64,000 nt of DNA from positions 896,001 through 960,000 of the forward strand of contig CAVWLP010000002.1 of assembly GCA_963755915.1 (NCBI GenBank). The letters are read 5' to 3'. This stretch comes from an uncultured Phycisphaerales bacterium. Its GTDB lineage: Bacteria > Planctomycetota > Phycisphaerae > Tepidisphaerales > Tepidisphaeraceae. The notes beneath the pieces are model-generated. The model ran no database searches. It was given only the letters and a program-made list of their open reading frames with translations, and had not been told where the DNA came from. A program made the translations under genes and the position numbers. Below are positions 50,476 to 59,953 of this stretch, piece by piece (within the stretch, counting starts at the first letter, position 1; every line of letters starts with the position of its first letter).

Positions 50476-51129
50476 CTAAACATTTGGAGAAAGTGCGGAG
50501 AGGATTTTGGGGATATCCAGGGGCCCTTCGATCGAGACGAAGGGGCGCGGGTCGCTCAGGCGGGAGAATTTTAGGGAAATGTGAAGGCCGGGCTCGAAGT
50601 GCAGATCGGCGCAGGCGGGGGAATCGAAGAGGCGGGCGAGGTCGTCGGTGGCAATCTGGCCATTGACCTGGGCGCGGCCGAGACGGGCGAATTGGGCGAT
50701 GGAGGAGGTGAAGCCGATGCCCTCCCCGTCCTGCCTGAATTCGGCGGAGATCTGCTCGGCAGTGGTGACGAAAGCGCCGGACTGCCAGGTGAGCTTGCCG
50801 TTTTCGACGCGGATGGTTTCGGCTGGGAAGCTGCCGGAGGGGGGCGCGGAGGAATTGGGGCGGGGGATTTTCGAATCGAGGAAGAGCTCGGGCGATTCGA
50901 TCAGCATTTCTTTGATGACGATCTGGCCGCGCAGGGCCCTGGCGATGGCGATTTTCGCGGTGATGCGCTGGATGGTGAGAATCGGTCGGCCGGGGGTGGG
51001 ACCGGCGACGGTCATGTTTTCGGCAATCAGCGCACCGGCATGGGGAGAGACCTTGAGCTTCCGGAAGCGCACCTCGGAGCCGAGGAGTTCGGAGAGCTTG
51101 GCTTCGATTTTGGGGAGAAGAAAGTTCAT
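50476..51129 (-). CDS. AsmA-like N-terminal domain protein
   Basis: IEAKLSELLGSEVRF..LRGQIVIKEMLIESPEL; overlaps the helicase stop codon. Confidence 0.6.
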   Translation of the reverse strand: MNFLLPKIEAKLSELLGSEVRFRKLKVSPHAGALIAENMTVAGPTPGRPILTIQRITAKIAIARALRGQIVIKEMLIESPELFLDSKIPRPNSSAPPSGSFPAETIRVENGKLTWQSGAFVTTAEQISAEFRQDGEGIGFTSSIAQFARLGRAQVNGQIATDDLARLFDSPACADLHFEPGLHISLKFSRLSDPRPFVSIEGPLDIPKILSALSPNV

Positions 51130-53201
51130 GCCTCACCGGTTTCGGTTCGGTCGCGGACGACGACGGTGCAGGGAGGCAGCGCCTGGAGGAAGCGTTTGCC
51201 ATAGCGCTTGGTTTTGATTCGGCTGTCGAGGATGACGACGATTCCGGTGTCGGTCTTGCTTCGGATGAGGCGTCCGAACCCCTGCTTGAGGCGGATGATG
51301 GCCTGGGGGACGGAATATTCCATGAAGGGGTTTCCGCCAGCGCGGATGATGGCTTCGAGTCGGGCTTCGATAACGGGTTCATCGGGTACGGAGAAGGGGA
51401 GCTTGACGATGATGACATTTCGCAGCGCCTCGCCGCGGACGTCGATGCCCTGCCAGAAGCTGGAGGTGCCGAAGAGGACGGCGTTGGGGGTGGTGCGGAA
51501 GCGGTCGAGGAGGACTTTGCGGGTTTCGGCTTCGCCCTGGATGAGCACTGGATAACCCTGTTCTTCGAGCTGGGGTTTAAGGCGTTGGGCGGCGTCGCGC
51601 AGGGCGGAGTAGCTGGTGAAGAGGACGAATGCTCCGCCGCGGGTTTTCTGGATGTAGTGGAGAATTTTTTCGGAGGCGGCGGGGGCGAATTTGGCGGATT
51701 CGCTGGGGTCGGGGAGGTCGGATTCGATGAAGAGGGTGGCCTGTTTGGCGTAATCGAAGGGGGAGCCGAGCGCCAGCGTTTGGGCCTTGTCGGCGCCGAG
51801 GCGAGTGAGCATGTAGGAGAAGGCGGGGTCGGGGTGACTCTCGTGTTCACGGCCCCCTCCCCTGCCCTCCCCCGGAGTACCGGGGGCGGGGGAAAGAGGG
51901 GAAATTTCTAGGGAGGATTTGCTGGTGCAGAGTGTGGCCGAGCAGAGGATCACCGAAGGGAGCTTGGAGAAGAGGTGCATTCGCAGGCCTTCGGCGACGT
52001 TGATGGGGGCGGCGTGGAGAGAGATGTTGCGGCGGAAGCGGCCGCCGCGCTCGATCCAGTAGACGGCGTCGGGCATTTTCTGGGAGACGATGGCGTCGAG
52101 CTCGTAGCCGAGGAGGTCGACTTTGTCGGCCATGGCGGTCAGCTCGGAGATTTCTTCGATGTTTTCGAGGCCGGGGAGGATCGCCTTGATGCGGGTGGAA
52201 AGCTGAGAAAGGAGCGGGCTGAGGTTGTTATCGACGATGGCGGGCTCGTGAATTCGGCCGTTTTCGCGGCCTTTTTGCTGTTGCCAATGAGCGCAGCGAT
52301 CGAAAAAATCGTCCATGCGCTCGTGGATTTCGGTGATGGCGTCGATCGCGTCGTTCACGCGGGCGCCGTGGGTGCTGAGCAGGCCTTTGCCGCGCTTGGG
52401 GTCGTAAAGGGTGCGGAGCTGATAGCGGAGGCGATGCTCGGAAATGTTGAGGCCGAAATGATCGGCGGCGACGTCTTCGACGGTGTGGGCTTCGTCGAGG
52501 ATGGCGACGTCATACTTGGGAAGGTAATTCACGCCGGAGATTCGCAGGGCCAGGTCGGAGAAGAAGAGGGCGTGATTGACGACGAGGATGTTGCCGCTCT
52601 GCATCCGTTTTTTGGCGTCCTGCCAGAAGCATTCTTTGTAGTGGAGGCATTTTTTACCGAGGCAGTTTCCGTGCTCGGCGCAGACGCGGTCCCAGACGCC
52701 GGCATCGGGGAGGTTGGGGAGATCGGCCAGGGAGCCGTCGGTGGTTTCGTGGGACCATTGCTCGACGGCCAGGAGCGATTCGACCTGCCTGGGTGTTTCG
52801 AAGAGGGAATCGCGGCGTTGGAGGGCCTGGTCGAGCCGGCGGCGGCAGAGGTAGTTGGAGCGGCCCTTTACCAGGACCGCCGAGAATTCATCGGGATAGA
52901 CAGCGCGAAGCAGGGGGATGTCTTTTTCGATGAGCTGTTCCTGGAGGGAGATCGTGTGGGTCGAGATGACCACGCGTTTCTTGGTTTTGACGACATATTC
53001 GATCACCGGAAGGAGATAGGCGAAGGATTTTCCGACGCCGGTGCCGGCTTCGACCATCAGGTGGTGGGAATTATGGATGGCTTCCGAGACGGCGTGGGCC
53101 ATTTCGATCTGCTGGGGGCGGAATTCGTACAGGGGGCCAAGGCGGCGCGCGACGGAGCCATCCTGGCCGAGGATCGCGGAAACGATGTCAACATCAGGCA
53201 T
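51126..53201 (-). CDS. DinG/YoaA-family Fe-S helicase
   Basis: EAGTGVGKS, KGRSNYLC, DEAH, SATL, SFWQGID, QGFGRLIR. Confidence 0.93.
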   Translation of the reverse strand: MPDVDIVSAILGQDGSVARRLGPLYEFRPQQIEMAHAVSEAIHNSHHLMVEAGTGVGKSFAYLLPVIEYVVKTKKRVVISTHTISLQEQLIEKDIPLLRAVYPDEFSAVLVKGRSNYLCRRRLDQALQRRDSLFETPRQVESLLAVEQWSHETTDGSLADLPNLPDAGVWDRVCAEHGNCLGKKCLHYKECFWQDAKKRMQSGNILVVNHALFFSDLALRISGVNYLPKYDVAILDEAHTVEDVAADHFGLNISEHRLRYQLRTLYDPKRGKGLLSTHGARVNDAIDAITEIHERMDDFFDRCAHWQQQKGRENGRIHEPAIVDNNLSPLLSQLSTRIKAILPGLENIEEISELTAMADKVDLLGYELDAIVSQKMPDAVYWIERGGRFRRNISLHAAPINVAEGLRMHLFSKLPSVILCSATLCTSKSSLEISPLSPAPGTPGEGRGGGREHESHPDPAFSYMLTRLGADKAQTLALGSPFDYAKQATLFIESDLPDPSESAKFAPAASEKILHYIQKTRGGAFVLFTSYSALRDAAQRLKPQLEEQGYPVLIQGEAETRKVLLDRFRTTPNAVLFGTSSFWQGIDVRGEALRNVIIVKLPFSVPDEPVIEARLEAIIRAGGNPFMEYSVPQAIIRLKQGFGRLIRSKTDTGIVVILDSRIKTKRYGKRFLQALPPCTVVVRDRTETGEA
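51853..51892. repeat. REP-like palindromic element in frame inside the helicase gene
   Basis: CCCCCTCCCCTGCCCTCCCCCGGAGTACCGGGGGCGGGGG; related copy near 28272..28326. Confidence 0.65.
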
Positions 53202-53216
53202 CGCGAATTAAGGGTA

Positions 53217-53618
53217 TCACCCCGCGAGGTGAAAAGCCTGGCGCTCGAAGAAATTGTCCTTGTAGGGCCGGCGGCCGGTGATCCAGGCCCAGAAGGAGCA
53301 GAAGATATAGGCGGGAATGAAGAAGGGCCCCCAGCGCTCGCTCTGGCGGACGTGGACGCGTTCATGTGCGCGAGTGGTGAGGAGCAGATCGGAATCGCGG
53401 GCGATGACGACATGGCCGAGGGTCATGGCCGAGGCTCCGCCACGGAGGATGAGACCGACGACGCGGCGGAGGTAAAAATCGGTCGCGCCGCCGGAGACTT
53501 CCAGGACGCCGTCGACGACGCGGAGCTGGCCGCCGGTGACCCAGACGATGCCGGCGAGGATGAGTCCCCAGACGGTTGTGGGGAAGACCCAGAGATAGAC
53601 AATCCAACGCCAGCGCAT
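53217..53618 (-). CDS. conserved hypothetical membrane protein with HExxH motif
   Basis: AMTLGHVV..HERVH..YKDNFFE. Confidence 0.75.
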   Translation of the reverse strand: MRWRWIVYLWVFPTTVWGLILAGIVWVTGGQLRVVDGVLEVSGGATDFYLRRVVGLILRGGASAMTLGHVVIARDSDLLLTTRAHERVHVRQSERWGPFFIPAYIFCSFWAWITGRRPYKDNFFERQAFHLAG

Positions 53619-53680
53619 AGTGATTTAAGCCTTACGTATCCGGGGCCGAATGCGTTTTCGCCAGGGTGGTGCCGATAACC

Positions 53681-53960
53681 TGTGGAAAAGCTGAGTGATC
53701 GCAGCGAAGGAGCAGCGCGAAAACCCCGCAGGAGCCACAGGCGAGCGGAGGCACGACGAAGGCATGTCGTAAATCGGCTGAATTGGCGCGAGGCATCGCA
53801 CAACCTCCCCGACATTTTATCCACAGTTTACGTCCGATAATATGAGCGCCATCTTTATATATCAAAGCGGGTTACGCGAGGTTTTGAGAATCTGTCCACA
53901 ATGCGCCAGGCACCATTACTACTACTAATTCCATTTAATGTTCCATTATATAGTGGATAG
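53681..53960. promoter_or_regulatory. putative replication origin oriC
   Basis: DnaA boxes TGTGGAAAA (53681), TTATCCACA (53817), CTGTCCACA (53892); trio run ATTACTACTACTA (53915..53927); AT-rich tract; directly upstream of dnaN. Confidence 0.75.
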
Positions 53961-54007
53961 CGTTACACTCCGTCGCCTCCAAAAACGGAGAGAAGAAAGG
54001 CTTGGTC

Positions 54008-55114
54008 ATGAAAGCGATCTGTAATCGCGGAGCGCTCTCCGAGGCGCTGAATCTCACGGGAAACGTAGTGGCGGCACGGACGCCCAAGCCGGTGCTCCAG
54101 TGCCTTAAGCTCACCGCCGAAGGCAACGCCCTGACGGTGGCGGCGACCGACCTGGAAGTGGCAATCCGATATCGCGATGAGCAGGTGCAGATCGAGCAGG
54201 AGGGCGAGACGCTGGTTCCTGCCGATAAATTGCGGGATATTGTGCGGGAAAGCATCGACGACACGCTGGCGCTGGAAGTGAGCGGGGACATGGCCAACGT
54301 GCGGGGGCAGGATTCGCATTTCAAAATTTATACGCAGAAGGCGACCGATTTTCCGCCCATCCCGGATTTTGAGGGGGAGCCCGATATCCAGGTTGCCGGC
54401 GGGGCACTGAAGCAGCTCATCGGGCAAACGCTTTTTGCCGCGGCGAAGGAAAGCACGCGATACGCGTTCAACGGCGTGCTGATCGTGGCCAAAGCGAAAA
54501 AGATTTCGCTGGTTTCAACCGACGGACGCAGGCTGGCGATGGCCAAGGGGGACCTGGCTTCGGGCGACAAGCTCGACAAGGAGGGGAAGAAGGCGATCGT
54601 TCCGACCAAGGCGCTGCAACTGATCGAGAAGCTGATCGAGGATCCGGAAGAGCTGATGGGGATTCAGATTCGCGAGAACCAGGTGATTTTCCACACCAGC
54701 AACGCGACGCTGACCAGCAACCTGGTTGAGGGGCAATTTCCGCCGTATGACGATGTGATTCCCAAGGACGTCGACAAAAAGATGTCGGCCTCGACGGCGG
54801 ATTTTCTGAGCGCGATCAAGCGTGCGGCGCTGCTGACTACGGAAGAGAGCCGCGGGGTGAGATTGGCGTTCAACAAGAAGGGGCTGGTGCTGACGAGCCG
54901 CTCGCCGGAAAGCGGCGAGGCGACGATCAATTTTCCGTGCAAGTATGAAGGGGCGGATGTTGAGATCGGATTCAATCCGAATTTCCTCGTCGAGGCGCTG
55001 CGCGTGGTGAACACCGATGAAGTGAGCCTGGAGATGACGGCGCCGAATCGGCCGGGGCTTCTGAAGGCGGGGGGAAATTTTCTGTACGTGATCATGCCTG
55101 TGAATTTGCAGTAA
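54008..55114 (+). CDS. dnaN: DNA polymerase III beta clamp
   Basis: ATDLEV, STDGRRL, EGQFPPYDDVIP, IGFNPNFL, VIMPV. Confidence 0.96.
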   Translation: MKAICNRGALSEALNLTGNVVAARTPKPVLQCLKLTAEGNALTVAATDLEVAIRYRDEQVQIEQEGETLVPADKLRDIVRESIDDTLALEVSGDMANVRGQDSHFKIYTQKATDFPPIPDFEGEPDIQVAGGALKQLIGQTLFAAAKESTRYAFNGVLIVAKAKKISLVSTDGRRLAMAKGDLASGDKLDKEGKKAIVPTKALQLIEKLIEDPEELMGIQIRENQVIFHTSNATLTSNLVEGQFPPYDDVIPKDVDKKMSASTADFLSAIKRAALLTTEESRGVRLAFNKKGLVLTSRSPESGEATINFPCKYEGADVEIGFNPNFLVEALRVVNTDEVSLEMTAPNRPGLLKAGGNFLYVIMPVNLQ

Positions 55115-55145
55115 CAATCGAGCATTTGCCGATGGAGCGGAAATC

Positions 55146-55556
55146 GTGCTGACAGGGAAGGCAGATCAGACGGCGCAGATTCGCAGGATGCAGCGATATA
55201 AATCGCAGGGGCAGCCGGCGACCATCGCCCTGGGGCCGGAGATGGTGGAATTCTTCAAACAGTCGGTTGCGAAGCGCCAGACGAAGCTGGAAAAGATCGC
55301 CGAGGGGTGGAGCGCGCTGGTGCCGAATCTGCTCAATGAGCACTGCTCGCTGGAGGGTTTTTCCAGGGGAACACTCACAGTGATGGTGGACAGCTCTTCG
55401 CACCTGTTTGATCTGAAACACTTGCTCCTGGCCGGGCTGGAAGCACAGCTACAGCTTGCGTGCAAGAGCGCCGGGCTGAGGAAGATTACGCTTCGGCCGG
55501 GGAGATGGTATGAGGGCGAATCGTCGGGGGATCGGCGGATGCGATTTGGGCGGTGA
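55146..55556 (+). CDS. dciA: DciA/DUF721-family protein
   Basis: W..LV......C......RGTLTVMVDSSSHLFDL pattern; follows dnaN. Confidence 0.7.
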   Translation: MLTGKADQTAQIRRMQRYKSQGQPATIALGPEMVEFFKQSVAKRQTKLEKIAEGWSALVPNLLNEHCSLEGFSRGTLTVMVDSSSHLFDLKHLLLAGLEAQLQLACKSAGLRKITLRPGRWYEGESSGDRRMRFGR

Positions 55557-55916
55557 AGAGGATTTCGAGAGTATTGGGTGACTCAGTGGTCTGAGGGCAA
55601 TCACTCATCCAGCCCAAGCCGATCGTCTCCAATGTTTGCCATATCCTGTTCGTCGTTGCCATCGTTTGTTTTATTGCCGCAGCTTACAACTGGTGCTGCT
55701 TCGCCCGTAGTGTCGGGAAAAGTCCATTCGTTCGTATTGTTTCAGGGGACCTGCAATACCCACTAAGTCCCGACAGCCGGCGGTTCTTTGCGATTTTTGC
55801 AAAATTCATCTTGGGAGCTTTGGCCTGCTTGGCGCTTTCATTCCTCGTCGCTTGGTGGTTTCCTTACTGAACGGCCGTTCGAGCGGCGGCTCCGGAAATC
55901 GCATAAGATTTTGGGA

Positions 55917-57758
55917 ATGTGCGGCATCGCCGGCGTCATGGCCTGGGAGGAGCGGTTTGTGGCTTCGCGCGAGGTTCTCGCGCAAATGGGCGAGGCGATT
56001 GCGCACCGCGGGCCGGATGGGCGGGAGGTCTGGTCCGACGGCAAATGCGGGCTGGCATTTGCCCGGCTGGCGATCCTCGACCTGGACCGCCGCGCGATGC
56101 AGCCGATGACCGATGGGAAACGATGGATCGTCTTTAACGGGGAGATTTATAACTTTCGGGAATTGCGCGGGGAATTGGATCGCGTTTGTCCGGGGTATGC
56201 GTGGAAGACGACGGGCGATACCGAGGTAATCCTGCGGGCGTATGACGCGTGGGGGGAGAATTGCGTCCAGAAATTCAACGGTATGTTTGCCTTCGCGATC
56301 TGGGAAACCGGGACCGGAGCAATTTTTCTCGCCCGCGATCGGATGGGGCAGAAGCCTTTGTATTTTTCGCTTCGCGCGGGGCAAGCCTTGACCTTTGCGA
56401 GCGAACTGGAGGCGCTGCGTTCTGTGTCTTGGATTGGATGGGAGATCGATCGGGATTCTGTGGGGGAATATTTGCAGACAGGGTATATCGCATCCCCGGC
56501 GACGATTTATCGGCAGGTCTCGAAACTGCCGCCGGGAAGCTGGATGCGGTGCGGGGCGGATGGGTCGGTAACACTGCGGAAATACTTCGATCCGAATGAG
56601 TTCGACGCGAAATCTCCGCGCGGGGCGGAGGACGTAAAAGCGGTCGTGACGACGGCCGTTCGCCGGCAACTCGTTTCCGATGTGCCGGTGGGGTGTTTTT
56701 TGTCGGGAGGGATCGACAGCAGCATCATCGCAGCGGCGATGAAGGCAGCGGCAGATCAGCGGGTAATGACGTTTGCGATCGGCTTTGACGATCCGCGCTA
56801 TGACGAGACGAAATTTGCCGCGGAAGTGGCTAAACACCTTGGTACGGAGCATCGGCAGTTCACGGTCAGGCCCGATGCGGCCCGTGATCTGCCCAAACTG
56901 GCCCGGGTTTTCGGCGAGCCGTTCGGCGATTCTTCGGCGCTGCCGACGCATTACCTTTCGCGGGAGACGCGCGGGCATGTGAAAGTTGCGCTGAGCGGAG
57001 ATGGCGGGGACGAATTATTTGGCGGATATGACCGATATCGCGCCATGCGGCTAGGAGGCAGAGGGGGAAAGATGCCGGCGGTTTTCCGGAAAGTCGCGGC
57101 GGCGATGCCGGAAGGGCATCCCAAGTCGGCAATGTCGCGGGCGCGGCGGTTTGTGGCGGGGATGGGATTGGCGGCGGCGCAAAGATATGCCCAGTATGTC
57201 GGGCTGTTCGATCGGGAAATGATCGAGGCGATTTTTCCGCAGGCGATCTCGCCCCGGCGGGAGGTCGTCGCCGAGGTTTTTGCAGAGCTTGAAGCAGATC
57301 GCGATCTGGTGCGGGCCGCCGCGGCGACCGATCGGGTGACCTATCTGCCGGAGGATCTCCTGACGAAGCTCGATCGGGCCTCGATGCTGCATGCGCTGGA
57401 GGTGCGCTCGCCGTTCATGGATCACGAGCTGGTGCGCCTGGCGGCGGGATTAACCACGGAGCAGCTTCTGCGCGGCGGCGCGAAGCGCATGCTGCGAGAA
57501 GCTTTTGCCGGAGATTTGCCGCAGTGGGTGTTTGAGCGCAAGAAAATGGGATTTGCCGTGCCCATCGGCGAGTGGTTGCGCGGGCCGTTGCGGGGGATGA
57601 TGGAGGAATTGCTGTTTGCCAAAGATTCGTTCGCGGCGGCAAATTTTCATCAGGGGGTTTTGCGGGGGATGGTTGAGGCCCACTGTGCGGAAAAAGTGGA
57701 TCATTCACAGAGGCTCTACGCGCTGGTGATGCTGGAATTGTGGTGGAAATTAGACTGA
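55917..57758 (+). CDS. asnB: asparagine synthase (glutamine-hydrolysing) family amidotransferase
   Basis: MCGIAG, HRGPD, FNGEIYN, LSGGIDSS, SGDGGDELFGGY. Confidence 0.93.
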   Translation: MCGIAGVMAWEERFVASREVLAQMGEAIAHRGPDGREVWSDGKCGLAFARLAILDLDRRAMQPMTDGKRWIVFNGEIYNFRELRGELDRVCPGYAWKTTGDTEVILRAYDAWGENCVQKFNGMFAFAIWETGTGAIFLARDRMGQKPLYFSLRAGQALTFASELEALRSVSWIGWEIDRDSVGEYLQTGYIASPATIYRQVSKLPPGSWMRCGADGSVTLRKYFDPNEFDAKSPRGAEDVKAVVTTAVRRQLVSDVPVGCFLSGGIDSSIIAAAMKAAADQRVMTFAIGFDDPRYDETKFAAEVAKHLGTEHRQFTVRPDAARDLPKLARVFGEPFGDSSALPTHYLSRETRGHVKVALSGDGGDELFGGYDRYRAMRLGGRGGKMPAVFRKVAAAMPEGHPKSAMSRARRFVAGMGLAAAQRYAQYVGLFDREMIEAIFPQAISPRREVVAEVFAELEADRDLVRAAAATDRVTYLPEDLLTKLDRASMLHALEVRSPFMDHELVRLAAGLTTEQLLRGGAKRMLREAFAGDLPQWVFERKKMGFAVPIGEWLRGPLRGMMEELLFAKDSFAAANFHQGVLRGMVEAHCAEKVDHSQRLYALVMLELWWKLD

Positions 57759-57823
57759 GGCTTGACCTTCGCCCGTCAGCTCCTTAAACCGATTGTATCT
57801 TATGACCGGCTCCAGGCCTTCAT

Positions 57824-59674
57824 TTGACCCCCACTACTTGCCGCTTTCGGCAGGCGCAGCATAGCGCAAGGATCCTTTCTATAAAATTTAGAAACTTCAA
57901 GGCCTTCCCTGATTTTCTACTGTCTTTGCGTCACGCGACAATTCTGGTCGGCCCCAATAACTGCGGAAAATCTACCGTTCTTGGCGCATGCCGCATATTG
58001 GCAACTGGTCTCCGAAGAGCGGGTGCCAAATCTAGCGAAACCGTTCAGGGACCAGGGGGCTCGCAGCAGGGCTATTACATCAGCGGCGATGATCACCCGG
58101 TTTCGCTGGAGAATGTTCATACGAATTATTCGGCTGAAAAATCCACCGTAACTTTTCGTTTGAGCACGGGCAACGACTTGGCGCTGTTCTTTTCAGGAGA
58201 TGGTGGGGCCTCACTAGTAATGCCAGGTCGAGAAATCGCGAGAACGGCACCTAAGCAATTTCGTACGCTGTATCCACTTACCATTGGGCAAGTACCGGTC
58301 CTCGGACCGGTGGAACACGACGAGCAGCTGCTATTGAAGGAAACGATTGATCGGTCACTTGCTACACATAGGGCGTCACGGCACTTCCGAAACTACTGGT
58401 ACCACTATCCCGAGCGCTTTCACGAATTTCAGGAGGCGATCGAACACACATGGCCGGGAATGAAAATCAAAGCCCCCGAACAAAAATCCACCCCAGATGG
58501 CTCATTCCTTTATATGTTCTGCACAGAAAACCGAATCGATCGGGAGCTCTATTGGGTTGGTTTCGGATTTCAGGTGTGGTGCCAATTGCTAACTCACATT
58601 CTCAGGTCGAGAACGGATAGTATTCTCATTGCGGACGAGCCTGAGATCTATCTTCACCCGGACATGCAGCGCCAGCTATTGAGCATCTTTCGTAACGCGG
58701 GTCCGGACCTTCTATTAGCGACCCATTCGTCCGAGCTGGTTGGCGAAGCGGAAGCCACTGAAATCGTTCTTGTTGACAAGACCTCGTCAAAAGGCAGGCG
58801 ACTCACCAAACTTGATGCCATTCAAGATGCCCTCGAATATCTTGGCTCGGGTCATAACATAGCATTGACGCAGATAGCGAGGACCCGTCACATCGTCTTT
58901 GTCGAGGGCGATGATTTTAAGTTTCTACGCGGCTGGGCGGAAAGGTTGAATCTGAAGGAACTCGGCACTGGCCTTGGCATTGTACCTATTTCAGTGGGCG
59001 GTTTTGGTCAATGGGAGCGCGTAAACGCGTTAGGCTGGGGGTTTCGCGCTGCTTTGAACCAACCGATGCAACTCGCCGCAATTTTTGATCGGGATTACTA
59101 TTGCGACGAAGAAATCCAACTCATCGTTGCTAAGCTTAAGCAGAATGTTTCTTGCGTTCACATCCTCCAGCGCAAGGAGATCGAGAATTACCTGCTCCTG
59201 CCAAGCGTATTAGACAGGTGCGTTGCGAAACTTTTGCAGGACCGAAAGCAGCGCGGCCACGAACAGTCGAAGGCGGTCGTACCAATGCTTAAACTCTTGG
59301 GGGGAATCTGCGAAAAATTTAAGAACGAAGTATCGGGCAACTTAGTGGGCAAAGCTGTAGAACATTTCAATCGGCAGAGAAGTGGAGACTGCGCGGCAAC
59401 GATATCGACCCGTGTGTTGGCCGAGTTTGAGCAGAAGTGGAAGAAAATCGATTGGAAACTTGAGCTTGTCCCAGGTAAGCAGGCGCTTAGTGAGGTCAAT
59501 AAGAGCCTTCAAGCGGATTACGGAATCACGCTTACGCCTGGCGCAATTATCCGGGAAACGCGCCAAGACGAGATTCCTGCCGATTTAATCACATTCCTGC
59601 GTAAACTTGAAGCGTTTAGAAAATCTGAACCTCCCAGATTGCGTCATTCGCAACCAGTGGCAGCCGAAGATTAG
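57824..59674 (+). CDS. OLD-like ATP-dependent nuclease (ABC-type ATPase plus TOPRIM-like domain)
   Basis: GPNNCGKS, IADEPEIYLHP, ATHSS, FVEGDD, FDRD, KEIENYL; lower GC by eye. Confidence 0.82.
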   Translation: MTPTTCRFRQAQHSARILSIKFRNFKAFPDFLLSLRHATILVGPNNCGKSTVLGACRILATGLRRAGAKSSETVQGPGGSQQGYYISGDDHPVSLENVHTNYSAEKSTVTFRLSTGNDLALFFSGDGGASLVMPGREIARTAPKQFRTLYPLTIGQVPVLGPVEHDEQLLLKETIDRSLATHRASRHFRNYWYHYPERFHEFQEAIEHTWPGMKIKAPEQKSTPDGSFLYMFCTENRIDRELYWVGFGFQVWCQLLTHILRSRTDSILIADEPEIYLHPDMQRQLLSIFRNAGPDLLLATHSSELVGEAEATEIVLVDKTSSKGRRLTKLDAIQDALEYLGSGHNIALTQIARTRHIVFVEGDDFKFLRGWAERLNLKELGTGLGIVPISVGGFGQWERVNALGWGFRAALNQPMQLAAIFDRDYYCDEEIQLIVAKLKQNVSCVHILQRKEIENYLLLPSVLDRCVAKLLQDRKQRGHEQSKAVVPMLKLLGGICEKFKNEVSGNLVGKAVEHFNRQRSGDCAATISTRVLAEFEQKWKKIDWKLELVPGKQALSEVNKSLQADYGITLTPGAIIRETRQDEIPADLITFLRKLEAFRKSEPPRLRHSQPVAAED

Positions 59675-59693
59675 TCGGCGGAAGACCGCGCAA

Positions 59694-59766
59694 GGATCAT
59701 CCACACAGGCTCTACGATCTGATCATGCTGGAACTTTGGTGGCGGGGGCGCAATGGGGCGGCGTAG
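59694..59766 (+). repeat. duplicated 3' end of asnB
   Basis: 41/49 ungapped identity to 57698..57746; encodes DHPHRLYDLIMLELWW versus DHSQRLYALVMLELWW. Confidence 0.8.
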
Positions 59767-59953
59767 GTTTGTGCTTTAGCACGCCTGTGCCGAAGAGTTT
59801 GTGTCAGGGGTCGTATAATCTTCGGTCTGGGCGCAAGAAAGCGCCCGGGGTGGAAAATTTGTTATTGGCTCAGGTCGATAGAGGGTGTATAGTGCCCCTG
59901 ACAGCAAATTCTGTGCCCAAAAGGTGCGGGTTTGTCGTAAGGTGAACTGATAT

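Noticed and set aside
55557-55916. Lower-GC spacer between dciA and asnB with a 62-aa ORF
   Set aside because: No RBS, motif or RNA structure I can support; possibly a remnant.
57844-57865. Possible degenerate hairpin micro-element at the start of the OLD-like gene
   Set aside because: It lacks the invariant GAGC and clean stem pairing.
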